Assembly: GCA_040005235.1 (NCBI GenBank)
Contig: JBDTZG010000105.1
Location: 1-12,713 of the forward strand
Direction of reading: 5' to 3'
DNA: 12,713 nt
Source: Acidobacteriota bacterium
GTDB taxonomy: Bacteria > Acidobacteriota > Thermoanaerobaculia > Multivoradales > UBA5704
How positions within the stretch are numbered: the first letter of the stretch is position 1; every line of letters begins with the position of its first letter. Position numbers and translations under genes: made by a program. Positions 1 to 6,082 of the stretch are shown piece by piece. A model generated the notes under the pieces. The model saw only the letters and a list, made by a program, of their open reading frames with translations. It made no database searches and had not been told where the DNA came from.

Positions 1-317
1 TCGTGGGTGTCGAGCCAGATCGCGCGGCAGCCATGGGCTCGCGCTTCTTCTTCGGCCTTGGCGAGCAGCGCCCGGCCGAAACCTTGACCGCGCAGCTTGT
101 CGGAGACCCAAAGGAATTGGACCTGCATCCACTCCCAGCCGGACTCGGCGAGCAGCCCGCCGTGGATCGAGCCGTCTTTAGCGCGCAACAGCAGATGCAG
201 CGGGCGCCAGGTGGGGACCGGCGCGTTCCTCCGGTTGTGCGCGCGGAGTCCGTCGAGGATCCGCTCGCGGTCCTCCGGCGTGATCTCCGCTTCCTGGTGG
301 ATCGCGTAGGTCGTCAT
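1..317 (-). CDS. GNAT family N-acetyltransferase (3' end runs off the window)
   Basis: Not in the ORF track. Hand translation from ATG at 317 gives MTTYAIHQEAEITPEDRERILDGLRAHNRRNAPVPTWRPLHLLLRAKDGSIHGGLLAESGWEWMQVQFLWVSDKLRGQGFGRALLAKAEEEARAHGCRAIWLDTH. It contains the acetyl-CoA-binding motif A (RGQGFG). The start overlaps the upstream stop as ATGA (317-314). Confidence 0.9.
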   Translation of the reverse strand, partial: MTTYAIHQEAEITPEDRERILDGLRAHNRRNAPVPTWRPLHLLLRAKDGSIHGGLLAESGWEWMQVQFLWVSDKLRGQGFGRALLAKAEEEARAHGCRAIWLDTH

Positions 318-1381
318 CGAAGCACTCTTTCGGGCACGATTTCGGCCACGCTCGGGCAACCGGAAAGCGCCATCGCGAGCCGCAGCTCCTCGCGCAGCAG
401 GTCGAGAATCCGGCGCACCCCCGCCTCTCCTTCGACCGCGAGCGCCCACAGGTACGGCCGGCCGATAAGCACGGCCCGGGCGCCGAGGGCGAGCGCCTTC
501 AGCACATCGGTGCCGCGCCGAATGCCGCCATCGACGAAGATCTCCGCCGCCGACCCGGCTGCCGCGTCCACTACCTCGGACAGCGCGTCGCAGGTGGCGA
601 TCGCCGTGTCGATCTGCCGTCCGCCGTGGTTCGAAACCACGATCCCCGCGGCGCCGTGCTCGATCGCGAGCCGGGCGTCCTCCGCCGTGAGCACACCTTT
701 CAGCACCAGAGGAAGCTTCGAGAGCGAGCGCAACCGATCCACCGACTCCCAGGTGAGCCCCGGATCGAACTGGTCGACTACGTACTTGAGCAGAGCCGAG
801 CCGTCGGCCGCATCCGGCAGATGGTGCGCGAAGTTGCCGACCTTCAAATCCGGCGGCACGCGGAAGCGGTTTCGCGCGTCGCGCTCGCGCACCCCAGGGA
901 TCGAACCGTCGACCGTCATGCACAGGGCCCCATATCCCGCCGCCGCAGCCCGCTCCACCAGCTCGCGGGTGAGGCCCCAGTCGCGATAGGCGTAGAGCTG
1001 GAACCACCGCGGGCCGGGAGCGGCGGCATCCACCTCTTCGAGGCTGTAGGACGAGAGCGTGCTCACCACCTGGATCACGCCCGCGGCCGACGCCGCCCGG
1101 GCGACCGCCAGCTCGCCGTCCAGATGCGCCAAGCCGTTCATCGCGCACGGCGCGGTCAGCACGGGCATCTCGACCCGGACCCCGAGGACGGTAGTCGCCA
1201 GATCGCACCGACTGACATCGACCAACACTCGGGGCCGAAGCCGGACACGGCCCCACGCCGCGACGTTATCGCGCACCGAGATCTCGTCCCCCGCGCCTCC
1301 GGCGTAATAGTCGTAGACCATCCCCGGCAGCACTTCGCGCGCCGCCTCTTCGTAATCGTGAAGGTTGATTCGCTCGATCAT
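314..1381 (-). CDS. FMN-dependent alpha-hydroxy acid oxidase/dehydrogenase (glycolate oxidase / lactate oxidase / Hmo family), 355 aa
   Basis: Family motifs YYAGGAGDE, WFQLY, TVD..G.RERD.RN.F, LKG, SNHGGRQ (catalytic His), DGGIRRGTDVLKALALGA and GRP. No cytochrome b2 domain. Substrate cannot be assigned. Confidence 0.95.
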   Translation of the reverse strand: MIERINLHDYEEAAREVLPGMVYDYYAGGAGDEISVRDNVAAWGRVRLRPRVLVDVSRCDLATTVLGVRVEMPVLTAPCAMNGLAHLDGELAVARAASAAGVIQVVSTLSSYSLEEVDAAAPGPRWFQLYAYRDWGLTRELVERAAAAGYGALCMTVDGSIPGVRERDARNRFRVPPDLKVGNFAHHLPDAADGSALLKYVVDQFDPGLTWESVDRLRSLSKLPLVLKGVLTAEDARLAIEHGAAGIVVSNHGGRQIDTAIATCDALSEVVDAAAGSAAEIFVDGGIRRGTDVLKALALGARAVLIGRPYLWALAVEGEAGVRRILDLLREELRLAMALSGCPSVAEIVPERVLR

Positions 1382-1397
1382 GGGGTTCGGCCTACGG

Positions 1398-1403
1398 AGT
1401 CTA
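1398..1403 (-). promoter_or_regulatory. Possible -10 element (TAGACT) for the oxidase gene
   Basis: TAnnnT hexamer 16 nt upstream of ATG 1381. A weak -35-like TAGAGA lies 17 nt further upstream (1426-1421). Confidence 0.35.
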
Positions 1404-1435
1404 CCTTCGTGGCCAACTGATCTCTACACGGGCAA

Positions 1436-1476
1436 CCGGGGGCGGTCCGGGGGCGGACTTGGGTCCGCCCCCGTTT
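1436..1476. repeat. GC-rich hairpin with a duplicated arm (terminator-like or REP-like)
   Basis: Perfect 11-bp stem CGGGGGCGGAC (1448-1458), loop TTGG, GTCCGCCCCCG (1463-1473). CCGGGGGCGG occurs twice in tandem (1436-1445, 1447-1456). Only TTT follows on +; there is no U-tract on the transcribed (-) strand. Confidence 0.65.
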
Positions 1477-1518
1477 CCGCCTGCCCGATCGACAGAGTCG
1501 GGGAACCCTTCCGGAGAT

Positions 1519-3249
1519 TTAAAGGGCGCTGCTGTTCGTGTCTACTAGCACACCGTCCACGTACACCCTGCCCTGCTTGATCTCGACCTTCTTCGGGTCT
1601 CCGTCCATGCGCCGGCTGAAGCTACGGAAGATGAACGTGGGCTTTTCGTTGGCATCGGTCGTGATGTCGGCGAGAACCCGGGCGGCGAGGGCTTCGCCGA
1701 GTATCAGGCTGCGGGTGTTGTCCGTCCGCCAGTGAACGCCGCCGATGCTTCGGCCCATCGCCACGTTCATCGCAAGTTTGTTCAACTCCCCTTCAATGGT
1801 GAGCTTGTCGGCCACCGCCTTGGGCAAGGGTGTGCGGCGGCCCTCATCGCCGTCAGGCCCAGGAATCACTCCGGTGATGTAGGACCGGATGGGCATCCCG
1901 GGACCGTACGGATGTTCGCGTTCCGTCAAAGTGTTGAAGAGAACGGGGACATCTTTCCCTTGAGTGTTTGTGGTGAAGGTCTTGAAGTAGGCTTTCAAAA
2001 CCGTCACGCAGATACCGGCAACAGTCGCATGACCGGCTCCATACGCCGGGTGCGTCGGGCTCCCCGGGGTGAACGCCATCGGGAGCAGCAAACTCTTGTG
2101 CAGCTTACGAACCGCCTTTGCCGCTTCGGTCTTGCTGACCCAGCCCGGTAGACCGTAGGGGCGCTTGCCGCTGGGTTCGCCATTGCCGATGTTTTGAACG
2201 TGGACGAGGCCGCCGTAGGCCTCCGGCCGCAACCGGAGGTGAACCTGCCATTTCTGGTTCCACACGACTTTCAACGCGCGGGTGGCGACTTCGGACACCA
2301 AGGCCAGAATGTGGGGTCCGCCGAGTACGCCGAAGCCTGCCTCTCGATCCTCCAGCCGTCCGCCGTCACCATAGGGATTCCCGGGTGTCCATCTCGCTCC
2401 ACCGGAGAGGAGAAGCAAGGTGGCGTTGAAATATGCCTGGTGGAGTGCGTCCTTGTTCACGAAACGGGCCAGGTCCCGCGGGGTGGAGATGTAGCGCCGG
2501 TTGACTTCGAAGTTGTCCGCGCTGTTCTCGTTCGCCTTCGGATAGGCCTGGCCGATGGCGTCCCTGCCGCTGGACTGGGTATTGAGCCAGTCCGGGAAGG
2601 CCGTCAGGTAGTCGCGATGTTTTTTATAAGGCAGTTGCTTCTGGTCGATAAGTTGGGTTCCGTAGTGGATATCGCGGATGAAAAACTGACTGGCCAGCGG
2701 GCCGATTTCCTCCCCTGGCAATCCGAGTCGGAAGAGATTCCGCGGCGTAATGGGGGCCAAATCACCCTTCGACCCTGGAACGTCGACACCGGTCTTGAGG
2801 TGGCCGGCGTCGTTGGAGTCGTCGACCGATTGCCGGAAACGGGCATCGATTTCTTCGGCCGCCGAAGCCACCTCCGCATTTGTTTCAAACTGGTCGAACG
2901 GCACGTCGCGCAGGAGCGCCATCCAGTACAACTCGGTCATCTCCGCCGCGGTCGTCGTGGACAACACCTTAGGTGCGGGAGGCATCGTGTACGAGCCGGG
3001 ATACTGTGTCAGGCGGTCGCTTGCGAGCCCCCCTTGGGGATTGGTGAAGGCCGCCGCATCGGGGGTCCCCTTCGGCACGAGGGCAAAGCCGGACCCGTCT
3101 CCCTCCGCGGCGGCGACGAGGGCTTCGAACTCCGCTTCATCCACCTCTCCCCATTTGTTGTGGAGGAGGGTCTTGTGGAAACTCCCCAATCCACGAATCT
3201 TGGCGCTGCCGAGCTTGAACTCTCTCTTCGTGTCGCCGTTGTTGAGCAT
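1519..3249 (-). CDS. Vanadium-dependent haloperoxidase (bromoperoxidase-like, PAP2 superfamily), ~576 aa
   Basis: The three vanadate-binding motifs are present: QKWQVHLRLRPEA, SPTHPAYGAGHATVAG and GRSIGGVHWRTD. Also AAEMTELYWMALLRDVPF, RYISTPRDLA, DALHQAYFNA and EGELNKLA, typical of algal/cyanobacterial VBPOs. Start moved from the track's 3375 to ATG 3249 because of an AAGGA SD about 8 nt upstream; GTG 3252 and ATG 3258 are alternatives. Confidence 0.93.
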   Translation of the reverse strand: MLNNGDTKREFKLGSAKIRGLGSFHKTLLHNKWGEVDEAEFEALVAAAEGDGSGFALVPKGTPDAAAFTNPQGGLASDRLTQYPGSYTMPPAPKVLSTTTAAEMTELYWMALLRDVPFDQFETNAEVASAAEEIDARFRQSVDDSNDAGHLKTGVDVPGSKGDLAPITPRNLFRLGLPGEEIGPLASQFFIRDIHYGTQLIDQKQLPYKKHRDYLTAFPDWLNTQSSGRDAIGQAYPKANENSADNFEVNRRYISTPRDLARFVNKDALHQAYFNATLLLLSGGARWTPGNPYGDGGRLEDREAGFGVLGGPHILALVSEVATRALKVVWNQKWQVHLRLRPEAYGGLVHVQNIGNGEPSGKRPYGLPGWVSKTEAAKAVRKLHKSLLLPMAFTPGSPTHPAYGAGHATVAGICVTVLKAYFKTFTTNTQGKDVPVLFNTLTEREHPYGPGMPIRSYITGVIPGPDGDEGRRTPLPKAVADKLTIEGELNKLAMNVAMGRSIGGVHWRTDNTRSLILGEALAARVLADITTDANEKPTFIFRSFSRRMDGDPKKVEIKQGRVYVDGVLVDTNSSAL

Positions 3250-3433
3250 CACTTGCATCCTTTCTTCCGGTAATGAGGTGGCGAAATAAGGCACTGTGGC
3301 GAGCCGCATCCGTTTATACCCGAGGGTCTCCGCCGACTCATCGTGCCACATCAACTCAAGCGCTGCAATAAGCAACTGCCGACCTCAACAATCCACAAGC
3401 GTCGTCTGGCAGTCCTAATCGTCCGGTCTCAGA

Positions 3434-3439
3434 TATCAT
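3434..3439 (+). promoter_or_regulatory. -10 element TATCAT, probable leaderless start of the Ubl gene
   Basis: TATCAT is followed by 6 nt (CTCGCC) and then GTG at 3446. No SD sequence upstream. Confidence 0.55.
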
Positions 3440-3445
3440 CTCGCC

Positions 3446-3715
3446 GTGCCCCAAGTGGTCTTCACCTCAGCCCTCGAACGACACCTCTCCTGCCCCCCGC
3501 AGGATGTTGCGGGAGCTACCGTCCGCGAGGTCTTGAATCAGGCGTTCGCCACGAATCCGGGCGTACGCGCCTACGTCTTGGACGAGCAGGGCGCGCTGCG
3601 CAAACACATGACGGTGTTCGTCGACGGCGACGCGGTGCGCGATCGGGACGGGCTGTCCGACGGGGTGAAACCGGACAGCCAGGTCTACGTGATGCAGGCC
3701 CTCTCCGGCGGCTGA
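3446..3715 (+). CDS. ThiS/MoaD family ubiquitin-like (beta-grasp) protein, 89 aa
   Basis: Size, GATVREVL helix, VFVDG strand, and C-terminal ALSGG-stop di-glycine. Confidence 0.92.
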   Translation: MPQVVFTSALERHLSCPPQDVAGATVREVLNQAFATNPGVRAYVLDEQGALRKHMTVFVDGDAVRDRDGLSDGVKPDSQVYVMQALSGG

Positions 3716-3745
3716 ACCTCGCCCCGATACCCTCAGGAGATTCCC

Positions 3746-4867
3746 GTGAGCCATTCGCCCAGCAACCGACTGTTCGTCGCCACACGCAAGGGATTGTTCA
3801 CCCTGGAGCGGGCAACCTCCGGCTGGAAGATCGCGCAGACCGCCTTCTTAGGTGATCCGATCTCGATCGTCCACGTCGACCGCGCGGGGCGGATCTACGC
3901 CGCGCTCGACCTCGGCCATTTCGGAACCAAGCTCCAGCGCTCGACGGACGGCGGCGCCACCTGGGAGGAGCGCGCGGCACCCGCCTATCCGGAAAAGCCG
4001 GAGGAGGTGGACGACCGCGACGACAACGGCAAATCGATTCCCTGGAAGCTGCAAAAAATCTGGGCGCTCGCGGACGGCAGTGCCACGGAGGCGACCGACT
4101 CTCTCTGGTGCGGCACCCTCCCCGGCGGGCTCTTCCGTTCGGACGACGGCGGCGCCACCTGGGAGCTGAACCGCCCGCTGTGGGACAAGCCGGAACGAAA
4201 AGGCTGGTTCGGCGGCGGTTACGACTGGCCGGGCATCCATTCGGTCGTCGTCGATCCGAGGAACGCCACCCGAGTGCTCGTCGCGATCTCGTGCGGCGGC
4301 GTCTGGGAGACCCAAGACGCTGGAGCCACCTGGAACCCCCGAGCGCAAGGCATGCGCGCCGAATACATGCCGCCCGAGCGGGCCTTCGATCAGAACGTCC
4401 AAGACCCGCACATCATGGTCGCCGGCCGCGACAACCCCGACGCGCTCTGGGTTCAGCACCACAACGGCATCTTCCGCTCGACCGACGGCGCGGCGTCCTG
4501 GCAGGAGATCAAGGACATCCCCCGTTCCGGATTCGGCTTCGCCGCCGCAGCTCACCCAGAAGACCCCGACACCGCCTGGTTCGTCCCCGCGATCAAGGAC
4601 GAAAAACGCATCCCCGTAGACGGCCAGCTCGTCGCCCTCCGCACCCGCGACGGCGGCAAGAGCTTCGACGTACTCGACAAGGGACTACCCCAAGAATACG
4701 CCTACGATCTGATCTACCGCCACTCGCTCGATATCGACGCGAGCGGCGACCGCCTCGCCTTCGGAAGCACGACCGGATCGCTCTGGATCACTGAAGATCA
4801 GGGAGACTCCTGGACGTCGCTTTCGGCGCACCTGCCGCCGATCTACTGCGTACGCTTCGCAGGGTGA
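3746..4867 (+). CDS. BNR/Asp-box repeat beta-propeller protein (sialidase/xyloglucanase-like fold, function unknown), 373 aa
   Basis: Six Asp-box-like repeats: RSTDGGATW, RSDDGGATW, ETQDAGATW, RSTDGAASW, RTRDGGKSF, ITEDQGDSW. SD AGGAG upstream of GTG 3746. No N-terminal signal peptide visible. Confidence 0.88.
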   Translation: MSHSPSNRLFVATRKGLFTLERATSGWKIAQTAFLGDPISIVHVDRAGRIYAALDLGHFGTKLQRSTDGGATWEERAAPAYPEKPEEVDDRDDNGKSIPWKLQKIWALADGSATEATDSLWCGTLPGGLFRSDDGGATWELNRPLWDKPERKGWFGGGYDWPGIHSVVVDPRNATRVLVAISCGGVWETQDAGATWNPRAQGMRAEYMPPERAFDQNVQDPHIMVAGRDNPDALWVQHHNGIFRSTDGAASWQEIKDIPRSGFGFAAAAHPEDPDTAWFVPAIKDEKRIPVDGQLVALRTRDGGKSFDVLDKGLPQEYAYDLIYRHSLDIDASGDRLAFGSTTGSLWITEDQGDSWTSLSAHLPPIYCVRFAG

Positions 4868-4877
4868 ACAAGTTTGC

Positions 4878-4926
4878 AGTGCGCCGACGCGTCGGCGCTT
4901 TGATCGCGGCGACGTGTCGCCGCACT
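4878..4926. repeat. REP/REPIN-like inverted doublet of palindromes between convergent genes
   Basis: Perfect 18-bp palindrome GCGCCGACGCGTCGGCGC (4881-4898) and GCGGCGAC-GT-GTCGCCGC (4906-4923), flanked by AGT...ACT. The two 21-nt units are inverted copies, 18/21 identical. Confidence 0.75.
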
Positions 4927-4935
4927 CGCCGCCCC

Positions 4936-6052
4936 CTACTCCAGCTCCTCCCCCGCCCCCGCTGACATCTGGCCTTTCAAGTAGGCTTCAATGAACGGAT
5001 CGATGCCGCCGTCCAGGACCTTGTCGGCGTCTCCGACTTCTTCGCCGGTGCGGTGGTCTTTGACCAGGCGGTAGGGGGCAAGGACGTAGCTGCGGATCTG
5101 GCTTCCCCAGGCGTTGTCGAGTTTCTTGCCTTCGCGCTCGGCGTTTTCGGCTTCGCGTTTGCGGACCTCTAGGTCGTAGAGGCGCGAGCGCAGGATCTTC
5201 ATCGCCATTGCGCGGTTCTTTATCTGGCTTCGCTCGTTCTGGCAGGCGACGACGGTGTTGGTCGGCAGGTGGGTGATGCGGACGGCGGAATCGGTCTTGT
5301 TGACGTGCTGGCCGCCCGCACCGGAGGCGCGGTAGGTGTCGATCCGGAGGTCGTTGTCGTTGATCTCGATCTTGATGTCGTCGTCGACTTCCGGATAGAC
5401 GTCGACCGAGGCGAACGAGGTGTGGCGCCGCCCTTGAAAATCGAACGGGCTGATGCGCACCAGGCGGTGGACGCCCTTCTCGCTCTTCAAGTAGCCGTAG
5501 GCGTACTCTCCGCGGATACCGATCGTGGCGCTCTTGATGCCGGCATCTTCGCCGTCTTGCCGTTCCATCAGCTCGACGTCGTAGCCGTGGCGCTCGCCGA
5601 AGCGGAGGTAGATGCGCAGCAGCATCTCCGCCCAATCCTGCGACTCGGTGCCGCCCGCGCCGGGGTGGATGACCAGGATCGCGCTCTTTTCGTCGTCCGG
5701 GCCGGCGAGCTTGAGCTCGATCTCCAGCTTGTCGAGAACTTCCGTCAGCCGGTCGAGGAACGTGATCAGCTCGGCGTCGGCCTCCCCTTCGGCGATCAGC
5801 TCGCTCCAGGTATCGAGGTCCGAGGCGTTGGTGCGCAGCTGTTTGAGGGTGGTGAGCTTGCGGTCTAGGCCGCGTCGTTCTTGCAGGAGCGGAGCGCCTT
5901 TGACGGGGTTGTCCCAGAAACCGGGCGCTTCCATTTGGCGATCGATCTCGCCGATCCGTTTTTCGTATCCGGCGTCCTCAAAGATACCCCCGGAGGTTGC
6001 CGAGCTGGAGGGCGAGCTTATCGATGCGCTGCTGAAGATCGAACGAGATCAT
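4936..6052 (-). CDS. prfB: Peptide chain release factor 2, expressed by programmed +1 frameshift (~371 aa; join 6052-5981 and 5979-4936)
   Basis: SPF anticodon-mimic motif (VRISPFD), GGQ motif (GAGGQHVN) and WGSQIRSY. The short first frame MISFDLQQRIDKLALQLGNLRGYL starts at ATG 6052 (SD AGGAG 7 nt upstream) and ends at CTT TGA. The +1 frame continues EDAGYEKRIGEIDRQMEAPGFWD into the track's 332-aa ORF. Confidence 0.97.
5977..5992 (-). promoter_or_regulatory. prfB autoregulatory +1 frameshift cassette
   Basis: Minus strand reads CGGGGG-TAT-CTT-TGA-G: internal SD-like G-run, 3-nt spacer, slippery CTT-T and in-frame UGA at codon 25. Confidence 0.93.
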
Positions 6053-6082
6053 GAGGGAGCTCCTAAGGAAGAAAAGGGGGAT

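Noticed and set aside
3-1420. Long plus-strand ORFs 3..989 and 626..1420
   Set aside because: Antisense shadows of the oxidase and GNAT genes in high-GC DNA; Ser/Arg-rich with no recognisable motifs.
3250-3375. N-terminal extension of the haloperoxidase ORF to 3375
   Set aside because: No SD at the TTG start, no signal-peptide character, and a good SD precedes 3249-3252.
3330-3425. Sigma-54-like TGGCAC / TGGCA elements in the divergent gap
   Set aside because: None has the required GC dinucleotide 10 nt after the GG.
3446-3715. Calling the Ubl a bona fide moaD serving the xanthine dehydrogenase
   Set aside because: It is 8 kb away, has no moaE/moeB/moaA neighbours, and is operonic with the propeller gene instead.
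1732-3855. ORFs 2194..3273 (+), 1732..2151 (+), 2750..3289 (+) and 3343..3855 (+)
   Set aside because: Antisense to the haloperoxidase or out of frame over the Ubl gene; no family features.
3947-4165. Exact 21-bp direct repeat GACGGCGGCGCCACCTGGGAG at 3947 and 4145
   Set aside because: Explained by two Asp-box repeats (DGGATWE) with biased codon usage; not CRISPR or a mobile-element end.
4936-6052. prfB as a frameshifted pseudogene
   Set aside because: The break is at the known programmed +1 site with its SD-like element, and the SPF and GGQ motifs are intact.
6054-6072. Small palindromes around the prfB SD (GGAGCTCC, TCCTTAGGA)
   Set aside because: Stems are too short to support a regulatory structure.
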